60,631 nucleotides of DNA, taken from Aquificota bacterium (GTDB lineage Bacteria; Aquificota; Aquificia; Aquificales; QOAS01). Within the stretch, counting starts at the first letter, position 1; the number at the start of each line of letters is the position of its first letter. The stretch lies in assembly GCA_013153315.1 (NCBI GenBank), contig JAADES010000024.1, positions 1 to 60,631 on the forward strand. Direction: 5' to 3'. Made by a program: the position numbers and the translations under genes. Positions 48,995 through 57,291 of the stretch are shown piece by piece. The notes beneath the pieces were generated by a model. The model ran no database searches. It saw nothing but the letters and a program-made list of their open reading frames with translations, and had not been told where the DNA came from.

Positions 48995-49348
48995 TTATCG
49001 TTTCCAAAGAACGGTAATAACCCCATCAATTTTTCCACCAGCAACCTTTAAATAATTCCTCATAGCCTCAGCTAGATTTTTTCCATCCACCGAAAGTTTA
49101 AGATTATGAAAAACATATTGCCGACTAAACCCATCCATCCGAGCTATCACCTTCACAAGAGACCAATACCTTCGGTCATCAAGAGGAACATCTCCCATTG
49201 GCTCCTCATAAACAATTTTTTCAATCCTTACAACCTTTGCAGCGGATACCCGCTTATAAAAAGCAAGAACATCCTCGACCCTATCGGCCTCAACATATTC
49301 AATCCAAGTCTTTTGGCCTTGCTTAAGAGCTACTTTAAACTTAGCCAT
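48995..49348 (-). CDS. hypothetical small protein (orphan)
   Basis: The 117-aa ORF has a strong SD (AGGAGG about 7 nt upstream of the ATG). Its start overlaps the upstream ORF's stop (ATGGCTAA). It lies in locally AT-rich DNA. Confidence 0.6.
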   Translation of the reverse strand: MAKFKVALKQGQKTWIEYVEADRVEDVLAFYKRVSAAKVVRIEKIVYEEPMGDVPLDDRRYWSLVKVIARMDGFSRQYVFHNLKLSVDGKNLAEAMRNYLKVAGGKIDGVITVLWKR

Positions 49349-49601
49349 TTAAAAACCTCCTTAAAGCTTCAAAAAAGCTATAGACATTTTCACTTTTAGG
49401 GGCTATATTTTTAGACCCGCTTTCTGGGGCCTCTTTAGAAGTTCCAAAATCCAAACCCGACGAGGAAGAAGAAAACAAATCCTTTTCCTCTTTTTGGTCT
49501 TCTTCTTTTTCTTTCTCCTTAAGTTGGTTAATAACAGCGGTAGCACCGGCAACAGTTAAGGCATACTGCACAAACTGAACCAAAGCCTCGCCTTCAAACA
49601 A
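49341..49601 (-). CDS. hypothetical small protein, possibly 5'-truncated
   Basis: The 86-aa ORF starts only at a TTG, has a hydrophobic N-terminal segment (ALVQFVQYALTVAGATAVI) and an acidic/Ser-rich tail. Its 5' end coincides with the junction to the EAL remnant. Confidence 0.4.
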   Translation of the reverse strand: MFEGEALVQFVQYALTVAGATAVINQLKEKEKEEDQKEEKDLFSSSSSGLDFGTSKEAPESGSKNIAPKSENVYSFFEALRRFLNG

Positions 49602-49612
49602 AGCCCCTATAG

Positions 49613-49942
49613 CTAAAATTTTCCATCGACGACTTTGGAACAGGGTATTCTTCCCTCAGATTGGTTATAGACCTATCCCAAAAAGGGTTAATAGAAGCGA
49701 TAAAGTTAGATTGCTCCCTTATTAGAGGATATCCCGAAAGCACCGAGGCGCGGGCGGTCGTCAATTCGGTTGCCGGCTTTGCCAACCAGATGGGGTTAAC
49801 GACCGTAGCCGAATGTGTGGAAAATAAAAAACAAGTTGAAGCACTAAAGAAGGCGGGAATAACCCACGTCCAAGGTTTCTATTTCTACAAACCGATGCCT
49901 CTAAACCAACTTTTGGAAATTTGCAAAGAGAACCACACCTAA
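49613..49942 (+). pseudogene. C-terminal remnant of an EAL-domain (c-di-GMP phosphodiesterase) gene
   Basis: The frame reads LKFSIDDFGTGYSSLR...IKLDCSLIRG...VAECVENKKQVEALKKAGITHVQGFYFYKPMP, which is the distal half of an EAL domain. An in-frame TAG sits at 49610-49612, and there is no EAL N-terminal half or sensor domain upstream. Confidence 0.75.
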
Positions 49943-50044
49943 GGTAGGCAATGTTTTAATTTCTCCTTTCTTTGGAAAATCTTTTTGTAGTTTCTCCTTT
50001 AGAAGGGAAAGGTAAAGAAAAAACTTAAAATTAACCACTTTACG

Positions 50045-51613
50045 ATGTTTAATTTAAAAAACCTCTCTAAGGTAGCACTCTTTCCCTTCCTTATTGGGGT
50101 AGGATTTGCCCAGGAAAACCAAGATTTGGAAAAAATAATAAATTTCTTTTCCGTTCAGGGTCAGATAATAGCCAACGCCAAAGATGATATTTATGTTAAC
50201 TCCAAAGGGCTACCCTACTTTAAGGTGGGTTTCCCCGTGGCCATTTACCGAGGCACCTACGTCGAAAACCCCCTAACCCATACAAAAAGTTTTGTAATCA
50301 TCGGCGAAACGGGCAAAGGTTATATTTACCAAAGTTTTCCAACCAACTCTTTGGTAAAGGTAACCCAAAACCAGGGTGTTAAGGTGGGCGATATTGTTAG
50401 GCTCGATGTTGGAAAAATTTGCTTTGAAGGAAGCGACTTTGTATTTCAAAAGCTAAGCCAAACCCTTCCGGTGGTAAAAACAAAAGATATTCACTCCTGC
50501 CGTTGGTCTATAGAGGAAACCAACCAAGGGTTTAAAATCTTGTTAAACCAACAGGAGGTTTATTTTGTTCAGAAATCCTTACCCGGTTATGCCTTTACTT
50601 CCAACCCAGCCTTGGATTTAAAGGATTTAAAAATTTTTGCCAATCCATATTTGTTGGAAACCTACAGAGAGATACCTACCGCCATAGACAGCGGCTATAT
50701 AGTGGATAACAAAATTCCCTTTGTTGCGGTGGGTTTTCCCGAAAAAGTGGTTGTATATCAAAAGGTAGGCGACAGTTTAAAGAAAATTACCGAATTTCCC
50801 ACCCCGGCGGGGATATTGGTCGGTCTTCAGTTGGTTAAAATCAACGGTCAGGGCTACATCATCGGAAATATGTTTACCATCGACGCCCAGCCCGCCGCTT
50901 TCATAGCAAAATTGGTAGGAACAAACGCCGTTATAGTGGCCCAAAATATACCCTACTATTTGGCCGTATTGAACAAAAACGCTCCCGAAAAAACCTTTAT
51001 AGCCCAACGCTTCAGCGAGGGCTCTTTCGGAGATGTTTATTCGGTTCAATTTAATAACGATGTGGCCGTTTTAGGCAAAAAACTGAATATGCCCGCAGGC
51101 TTCCGTGCCGACAGCGCCGTTATGACCGACGATAACACCTTAGCCTTCATCGACAGCAGCGGAACTTTAAGGATTTATAAAGGCGACCTTCAAAAGGGCT
51201 TTAAACATATAGTGGACATCGAAGGGGATTTCGGAAAATCCTACGTTTACATAAATATTCCCGACGTAATGGGCACCAACACTTTAACCAAGTTTTTCTT
51301 TAATCCCCGCCCCCAACCGATAACACTTTTTGGCTTTAAGGGTTTTGTGGTGGTGAAAAATATTCCCGAGCAGCTTGTTCCCATATTGGGTTCTAAGTTT
51401 GTTAAATACAAAAAAGGGAAACTCTATTTTGTAGCCAAAAACAGGGAAGGTTATTATCAAAGCAAACCTATATTGGGTGCGGTTTTTGAAGATGCCGTAG
51501 ACGGCTTTACAATATCCCCCGACGGAACCCCCTATTTAATTACCGGCAAAAGGAACCCTATTCTTTTCCAGACCGAGGGAGATTTATACAAACTACAATT
51601 TAGGTATTACTGA
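50045..51613 (+). CDS. hypothetical secreted protein
   Basis: The 522-aa ORF has a signal peptide (ALFPFLIGVGFAQE) and beta-rich sequence, and ends in an aromatic C-terminus (QFRYY). I recognise no family. Confidence 0.6.
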   Translation: MFNLKNLSKVALFPFLIGVGFAQENQDLEKIINFFSVQGQIIANAKDDIYVNSKGLPYFKVGFPVAIYRGTYVENPLTHTKSFVIIGETGKGYIYQSFPTNSLVKVTQNQGVKVGDIVRLDVGKICFEGSDFVFQKLSQTLPVVKTKDIHSCRWSIEETNQGFKILLNQQEVYFVQKSLPGYAFTSNPALDLKDLKIFANPYLLETYREIPTAIDSGYIVDNKIPFVAVGFPEKVVVYQKVGDSLKKITEFPTPAGILVGLQLVKINGQGYIIGNMFTIDAQPAAFIAKLVGTNAVIVAQNIPYYLAVLNKNAPEKTFIAQRFSEGSFGDVYSVQFNNDVAVLGKKLNMPAGFRADSAVMTDDNTLAFIDSSGTLRIYKGDLQKGFKHIVDIEGDFGKSYVYINIPDVMGTNTLTKFFFNPRPQPITLFGFKGFVVVKNIPEQLVPILGSKFVKYKKGKLYFVAKNREGYYQSKPILGAVFEDAVDGFTISPDGTPYLITGKRNPILFQTEGDLYKLQFRYY

Positions 51614-51677
51614 TATTTCCTTTCCTTTTCGGGGAGCTTTTCTAATATCTATCCCCCTTTTGCTAAAATTCCCCAAT

Positions 51678-52016
51678 ATGTCCAATTTGGAAAACGACCT
51701 TCAAGTCCAATACCTCGTAAGGGTTTTTATTACCGAAGAAGATACCTATCAAGGACAAAAACTCTATAAATACATCCTCCAATGGTGTTATGAAAACGGT
51801 ATCCGTGGGGGGACGGTTTTCAGAGGTATAGCCGGCTTCGGTAAACATAAGGTTTTAAGAAAACCCTCCCTTTTGCCTAAGAGCAACCTACCCATAGTGG
51901 TTGAAATAATGGACAGTCCCCAAGTTGTGGAAGAAAAACTGATACCCTTCCTAAAAGAGGTTATTAAGGAGGGAACAATAACCCTTGAAAAGGTTTATGT
52001 TTTAAAAAGAAACTAA
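51678..52016 (+). CDS. DUF190 (PII-like fold) family protein
   Basis: About 112 aa from the ATG at 51678. The RVFITEEDTYQGQKLYKYIL..GIRGGTVFRGIAGFG pattern is typical of DUF190/UPF0166. Confidence 0.65.
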   Translation: MSNLENDLQVQYLVRVFITEEDTYQGQKLYKYILQWCYENGIRGGTVFRGIAGFGKHKVLRKPSLLPKSNLPIVVEIMDSPQVVEEKLIPFLKEVIKEGTITLEKVYVLKRN

Positions 52017-52028
52017 AAAGGGTTTTGT

Positions 52029-52469
52029 TTAGTGTATTCCGGCATATTGGAGAAGCTTTTTAAATTGCTCCTCGGTAAGGATTTTTCTCAATGCTTGAAT
52101 ACATTCGTAGTTGAGCAAGCTTTTTCTAATTTTTAAATCGGCCAAAAGGGTTAGTTCATCTTCGACCATTTTCTTATCGGGATTGAATATTAGGTCTCTC
52201 CTTATTTTGGGAACCAATTCATCTATCCTTTGGGAGTAGTAAACGGCTTTAGGTTTTATTTCCCTTATGAGGGCTTTTATTTTCTCTTTTTGTTCCGGTG
52301 TAAGGTTTAGTTCATCTTTGTGCTTTATTAGGACAGGCATTAGAAATACAGGTTCCACTATGTAGTAGTGGGTTAAACAGTGTTCCCCTTTGGGGAGTTT
52401 TGCCCAGCTTCCGAAGGTGGGAACAATAAAGGTTGTTAACGCTATAAGGGAAAGGAAAATTTTTCTCAT
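52029..52469 (-). CDS. periplasmic Spy/CpxP/ZraP-like protein (LTxxQ motifs)
   Basis: The 146-aa ORF has a signal peptide and two LTxxQ motifs (LTPEQKEKI and LTEEQFKKL). Confidence 0.6.
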   Translation of the reverse strand: MRKIFLSLIALTTFIVPTFGSWAKLPKGEHCLTHYYIVEPVFLMPVLIKHKDELNLTPEQKEKIKALIREIKPKAVYYSQRIDELVPKIRRDLIFNPDKKMVEDELTLLADLKIRKSLLNYECIQALRKILTEEQFKKLLQYAGIH

Positions 52470-52492
52470 GAGGGTCTATTTTCTTCCTTTTT

Positions 52493-53257
52493 TCAAACAG
52501 TAAAAGAACCTGTTTTAGCCGCACCAAGTTTCTTTTCTAAAGCTAAACTTTTTATGTTTAATTTTTTGGCTAAATTATCCGCCACGTGTTGCTCCCATGT
52601 TAAAACAAAAACCCTTTGGAGAGCATTTTTATTTAATACTTTTATTGTTTTCAAAGGAACTTCTACCAGCCGTTGGTCGTTGGAGTAAATAGAAACAAAT
52701 TTGCCGTTTCCTATTAAAAAGGATACCAATCCCGAGAAGGTTAAATCATCATCCCTCTCAATTTTTTGCCCCTTGTGGGTTTGTTTTCTTTTTAGAATAG
52801 TTTTAACTACCTGTATGGAATTTATATTTAAACCGGCCTCTTTGACTGCTTTAGATAGAGCTTGTTGAACTTTATTCCAGAAGCTCTCGGTATATATGTA
52901 GTTGGAGAATATTTTCTTTTCTAAGTCTTCCTTCTCTTTATTTAATTGATTTATTGAGTTTTCCAATTTTTTCTTTTTAAAAATGTTAAGAGGGGAAACT
53001 TTTTCTTTTTCTTCCACCAACCGAAGGTATTCCTTTTTAATTTTTTCCAATTGTCTTTCCAAACTTAAAATATTTTCATCTACACCACCGATAATGAAAA
53101 TATTGTCAACATATTTTTGTGTTTCTTTGTAGGTTAAACGGCATAGGTTGACAACATATTTAGCTACCGAATAGGGGGTATTTTTTGAAAAATTCTTAAT
53201 TCGGTAGGTTAAATTTAAGCCATCCACTACAAGAAACCCGTTTCCATGGAGACCCAT
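52493..53257 (-). CDS. hypothetical protein, possible split NYN/LabA-like nuclease fold with a coiled-coil insert
   Basis: The 254-aa ORF has an N-terminal FLVVDGLNL and distal ERDDDL and SIYSNDQ acidic clusters that loosely resemble NYN catalytic segments. A Lys/Glu-rich coiled-coil segment of roughly 60-70 aa lies in the middle. Confidence 0.3.
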   Translation of the reverse strand: MGLHGNGFLVVDGLNLTYRIKNFSKNTPYSVAKYVVNLCRLTYKETQKYVDNIFIIGGVDENILSLERQLEKIKKEYLRLVEEKEKVSPLNIFKKKKLENSINQLNKEKEDLEKKIFSNYIYTESFWNKVQQALSKAVKEAGLNINSIQVVKTILKRKQTHKGQKIERDDDLTFSGLVSFLIGNGKFVSIYSNDQRLVEVPLKTIKVLNKNALQRVFVLTWEQHVADNLAKKLNIKSLALEKKLGAAKTGSFTV

Positions 53258-53285
53258 AATTAGACGATATTAAAAGAAGAAAAAA

Positions 53286-54410
53286 CTAGTTTGTGTTTAT
53301 ATAAACCACCCTTATGGGCCAGTTGTGTAAAGCTATTTCCCTCAGACGGAACTGTCCCGCCACAAGGATACCCATCTGAGGGGACAAATTCCCTTTAACA
53401 CAGGCGAGGTTTTTAGAAATTGCCCCAACCTTAACAGGAATAAGTTTTTTATCGGTATTTACTACGAAAGTTCCCGCATCTAAATACAAAACCGCACCGA
53501 AGGGAACTATAAAACCTTTGCATTCCTTTGTGGGGAGAGAAACATTAATATAGCTGTCGTCCGGTAGGGGTAATTTTTTTGTTAGGATTTCTACCACCTT
53601 AAGGTTTTGGTTGGTCGAAGGTAAAACCCTATTTACGGTAAGTTTGTATTCTTTCCCTCCAAGGGTAATAAAGCCTTCCTTTCCCACCGAGGTCTGGAGG
53701 GGAACATTTACCAAAATCCTGTAAAGGTCGGTCTTTGCTATTTCCATTAGGGGTTTTCCTGCTCCGACAAAGTCACCTTCCCTAACAAGGAGTTTTCTAA
53801 CAACTCCGTCGTAGGGAGCCCTTATGTAAGTGTAAACTTCCAAGTTGTGTTTTAAATCCTTTAGCTGGGCTTGGAGAGCTTTAAGGTTGCTTAAAGCCGC
53901 CTCATATTGGGCTTTGGTTTGCATATATTTGGTTTTGGAAAGTTGAAATTGCTCTTTGGAAATACCTCCCGTTTCGAAAAGCTTTTTATCCCTTTCGAAT
54001 ATCGCCTTTTGGGTTTCGAGGGCTACCTGCAAGGCTTGGATTTGGGCTTTTTGTGCCTCTAATTTGGCTTCGGTCGCCTCTATTTGGCTTTTTATATCGG
54101 TGGGGTCGATTACCGCCAATATTTGACCTTTTTTAAAGGTATCCCCTTCGGAAACATTTAGCTTTACTACCGCCCCGTTGGTTTTTGTTGATAAAAACCC
54201 TTTGGTGTAGGGTTCATAAAACCCTTGGAAGGTAGTGTATTCTTTCAAAATACCTTCCTTAGGGTGAACGGCTTCCACCGTGTAGGGCAACCTTTGGGGG
54301 GTGGGTAATTTTTGGTATTCCAACTTCCGTTGTTTTAATTTGTAAAATCCGAACCCGAAGAAGACAACCAAAATTAAAAGAACCACCAAAATATAGCGTT
54401 TGTTGGACAT
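53286..54410 (-). CDS. efflux transporter periplasmic adaptor subunit (HlyD/MFP family)
   Basis: The 374-aa ORF has an N-terminal TM anchor and lipoyl-like halves (VKLNVSEGDTFKKGQILAVID; IRAPYDGVV). These flank a long alpha-hairpin (AKLEAQKAQIQALQ...). Confidence 0.8.
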   Translation of the reverse strand: MSNKRYILVVLLILVVFFGFGFYKLKQRKLEYQKLPTPQRLPYTVEAVHPKEGILKEYTTFQGFYEPYTKGFLSTKTNGAVVKLNVSEGDTFKKGQILAVIDPTDIKSQIEATEAKLEAQKAQIQALQVALETQKAIFERDKKLFETGGISKEQFQLSKTKYMQTKAQYEAALSNLKALQAQLKDLKHNLEVYTYIRAPYDGVVRKLLVREGDFVGAGKPLMEIAKTDLYRILVNVPLQTSVGKEGFITLGGKEYKLTVNRVLPSTNQNLKVVEILTKKLPLPDDSYINVSLPTKECKGFIVPFGAVLYLDAGTFVVNTDKKLIPVKVGAISKNLACVKGNLSPQMGILVAGQFRLREIALHNWPIRVVYINTN

Positions 54411-54427
54411 TTCAACCTCCTTTGGGA

Positions 54428-55402
54428 TTAGCTTAATTCAAGCATCCTTTTTATGGGTTTATAGGCTTTTTCAATAACCTCTGAGGGGAGGGTTATCTCA
54501 TTTTTTTCCTCTTTAAGGGTTTCATATACCTTCTCCAAACTAACGCTTTTCATTTGGGCACAAAATAGATAGCCGACCCCTTCTTCGGGTGTAGGGAATA
54601 TATATTTCCTTTTGGGGTTTATTTTTTCCATTTGGTATTTAAGACCGATTTCGGTAATTATGATTACCTCCTGTGCATCAAGTTGGTCGGAGGTTGCCCA
54701 CTTTAGGAGCTGGGAGGTCGAACCTACAAAGTCGGCCATATCTTGCACCTCGGGAGGAGTTTCCGGATGAACTCCCACGGGGGCGTTGGGGTATTTTTCT
54801 TTCAACTTTAGGAGCATATTTTTGGTAAACAGGTAGTGGTCGGGACAAAATCCTTCGAAGGGTATTATCTTTTTACCCTTCACTTTTTTGGAAACGTGAT
54901 AGGCTAAACCTTTATCGGGAACAAATATTATTTCCTCAGAAGGGATTTTTTCTATAATCCTAACGGCGTTGGCCGAGGTACAACAGATATCGCTTATTGT
55001 TTTTACCTCCGCGGTGGTGTTTACATAGGAAACAACCCAAGCGTTGGGATATTTTTCTTTAAGCTTTAAAACTTCCTCCTTGGTAGCCATATCGGCCATA
55101 GCACAGCCGGCTTTAGGTTCGGGCAAAAGAACTTTTTTTGAGGGGTTGAGAACCTTGGCCGTTTCCCCCATAAAGTGGACGCCGCAAAAAACTATTATTT
55201 CTGTGTCCACTTCGGTGGCTTTGCGCGCTAGCTCCAAACTATCCCCAACAAAGTCGGCTATATCTTGAATTTCGGGTCTTTGGTAGTAGTGGGCTAGTAT
55301 AACGGCGTTTTTTTCCTTCTTTAGTTTTTCTATTTCTTCCTTTAATTGGCGGTAGTTTACAACCTCCATAGGTCGGGAATTTTTATCGGTGAGCCCTTGC
55401 AT
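54428..55402 (-). CDS. nadA: quinolinate synthase
   Basis: The 324-aa ORF has the ILAHYYQRPEIQDIADFVGDS motif and conserved Cys positions for the 4Fe-4S cluster. Confidence 0.9.
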   Translation of the reverse strand: MQGLTDKNSRPMEVVNYRQLKEEIEKLKKEKNAVILAHYYQRPEIQDIADFVGDSLELARKATEVDTEIIVFCGVHFMGETAKVLNPSKKVLLPEPKAGCAMADMATKEEVLKLKEKYPNAWVVSYVNTTAEVKTISDICCTSANAVRIIEKIPSEEIIFVPDKGLAYHVSKKVKGKKIIPFEGFCPDHYLFTKNMLLKLKEKYPNAPVGVHPETPPEVQDMADFVGSTSQLLKWATSDQLDAQEVIIITEIGLKYQMEKINPKRKYIFPTPEEGVGYLFCAQMKSVSLEKVYETLKEEKNEITLPSEVIEKAYKPIKRMLELS

Positions 55403-55443
55403 GGTGGGAAATGATTTTAAAAGAGAAGCAAGGGGAGGATTTT

Positions 55444-56430
55444 TTAGAAGAACCTACGGTGGGTATAGAAATCCAAAATTTCCTTATTAGGAATGAAATC
55501 CTCAACTCCATCTTGGTTAACGCACTCACAACCTACACAATCGTAGTGTTTTGCTATCTTTTCAAAGTCTTTGGGTAGCAACCAATCGAGGGTGGTTTCT
55601 TTTATAGATTCCCCCTCTTGGTAGACCAAAAGCCTCCTTAGGGGGTCTATTTCCAATATTTTTATTTCCCTTTTGGTGTCCAGTAAACATATTTCGGTTC
55701 CTACGGGGGGAAGAAGTTTTTTTTCCACATAGTTGCCCTTCTCGAAGGCTAAACAGCATTTTAAGCGGCCGCACAGTCCGGTAAATTTGGACGGAGAATT
55801 GGGCAGGTTTTGCTCCGAAATAAAATTCAAATTGACCGATTCAAATTTTTCCATAAAAGTTGAACAGCAGACTTTATTTCCGCATACACCGATGCCCCCT
55901 TTCATTTGAACGGCGTCCCGAACGCCTATTTGCCTCATCTCTATTCTGCGGCGGTATTTTTTGGACATATCACGGATAAATTGCCTAAAGTCTACCCTTT
56001 GAGGGGCGGTGTAATAAAAGAATATCCTTTGGTTGTCCAAGGGTATATAAACCGCCAAAGGTTTTAAAACCATGTTGTATTTTTCCACCTCTTGGGAAAG
56101 TTCATTGAATACCCTTTTGGCCAACTTTTGGAACCTTTTAAATTTTTCCCTATCTAGGTAGGTGGCCTTTCTTATATAGGTTGCTATAGGGTCGGTGGGG
56201 CAGTTTTCTACCGACATTCCCATATATTCGACCAACTCCAGCCCCCGTTCGCTCTCTACCACCAATTTGTCCCCTTTACGTAGGTGTTTTACAAACTTTA
56301 TATGGGGAACCAACATTTGACCTATTTTGTTGGTTACGGGAAACCTTATTTTGAACACCTTCCGTTTTTTGTTTTTTTTATATTCCTTATTGGGGTTATT
56401 TTTATTTTTAAACCTTGTTTGGTTAAACAT
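55444..56430 (-). CDS. PSP1 domain protein (RicT/YaaT-like)
   Basis: The 328-aa ORF has the PSP1 C-terminal signature GLCGRLKCCLAFE and a preceding GVCGNKVCC. It has an extra Cys-rich C-terminal tail (CVGCEC). Confidence 0.75.
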   Translation of the reverse strand: MFNQTRFKNKNNPNKEYKKNKKRKVFKIRFPVTNKIGQMLVPHIKFVKHLRKGDKLVVESERGLELVEYMGMSVENCPTDPIATYIRKATYLDREKFKRFQKLAKRVFNELSQEVEKYNMVLKPLAVYIPLDNQRIFFYYTAPQRVDFRQFIRDMSKKYRRRIEMRQIGVRDAVQMKGGIGVCGNKVCCSTFMEKFESVNLNFISEQNLPNSPSKFTGLCGRLKCCLAFEKGNYVEKKLLPPVGTEICLLDTKREIKILEIDPLRRLLVYQEGESIKETTLDWLLPKDFEKIAKHYDCVGCECVNQDGVEDFIPNKEILDFYTHRRFF

Positions 56431-56468
56431 TATTTAGCCTCCTTTTGGTGTTTAACTAATAGTTTTCC

Positions 56469-57248
56469 ATGGGTGAGTTGTTTATTTATTTGCTCCTATT
56501 TTTGGTCGGAGCTTCCATAGGGAGTTTCCTCAATGTGTTAATTTACCGTTTTTCCAAGAGGGAGAATTTAAGACAAATCCTTAGCGGGCGCTCTTATTGT
56601 CCCCACTGCAAAACCCCTTTAAGGTGGTATGACAATATACCTCTTTTGTCTTTTGTCTTGTTGGAAGGTAAATGCCGTTATTGCTCGGCTCCTATCTCTT
56701 TACGTTATTTCTTTGTTGAGTTTGTTGGTGGGTTATCGCTTTTGGTTTTATACCACTTTTTCCACCCTTTGGGTTGGCCTACCGTCTTGGGGTTATATAT
56801 TTTTGTTTGCCTTTTGGTGGTTTTATCCTTTATCGATTGGGAGACCTTTGAGGTTCCCGATATTTTTACCTTCGGTGGAACGGCTTTAGGATTAATTTTG
56901 TCCTTTCTTAGGAAGGATATAACTCCATTGGAGGCTTTTATAGGTGCATTAATCGGTTTCTTTTCGGTGGTGGTTATTTCCTTTCTTTATAAGAAATTCC
57001 GCGGGGTGGAAGCCCTCGGTTTGGGTGATGCTAAATTCCTGGCTGTGGTGGGAGCTTTTTTGGGCCCTATTGGGGTTTATTGTTCCTTATTCCTCGGTTC
57101 GGTTTTCGCCCTTTTATATTTCCTACCGCAGGTCGTTAAAAGTCGCTCCTTGCAGTTCGCCGTTCCCTTTGTTCCTTTTTTGGCATTGGGGGCTTTGGTG
57201 GGGTTAATTTGTAAATATTTCCCTTATTTGGGTTTCCTTTCAAAATAA
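56469..57248 (+). CDS. pilD: prepilin peptidase (A24 family)
   Basis: The 259-aa ORF has the zinc-ribbon CPHC..CRYC, the NIPLLSF segment, and the catalytic-Asp regions (FIDWETFEVPD and GLGDAKF). Confidence 0.85.
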   Translation: MGELFIYLLLFLVGASIGSFLNVLIYRFSKRENLRQILSGRSYCPHCKTPLRWYDNIPLLSFVLLEGKCRYCSAPISLRYFFVEFVGGLSLLVLYHFFHPLGWPTVLGLYIFVCLLVVLSFIDWETFEVPDIFTFGGTALGLILSFLRKDITPLEAFIGALIGFFSVVVISFLYKKFRGVEALGLGDAKFLAVVGAFLGPIGVYCSLFLGSVFALLYFLPQVVKSRSLQFAVPFVPFLALGALVGLICKYFPYLGFLSK

Positions 57249-57291
57249 AGAAAAAACATTAAAGGGTCGAAAATTTTTAAAGCCTACCCCT

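Noticed and set aside
51614-51677. Possible fluoride riboswitch upstream of the DUF190 gene
   Set aside because: The spacer is about 64 nt, without the conserved crcB-motif pseudoknot sequences I remember. No crcB gene is adjacent.
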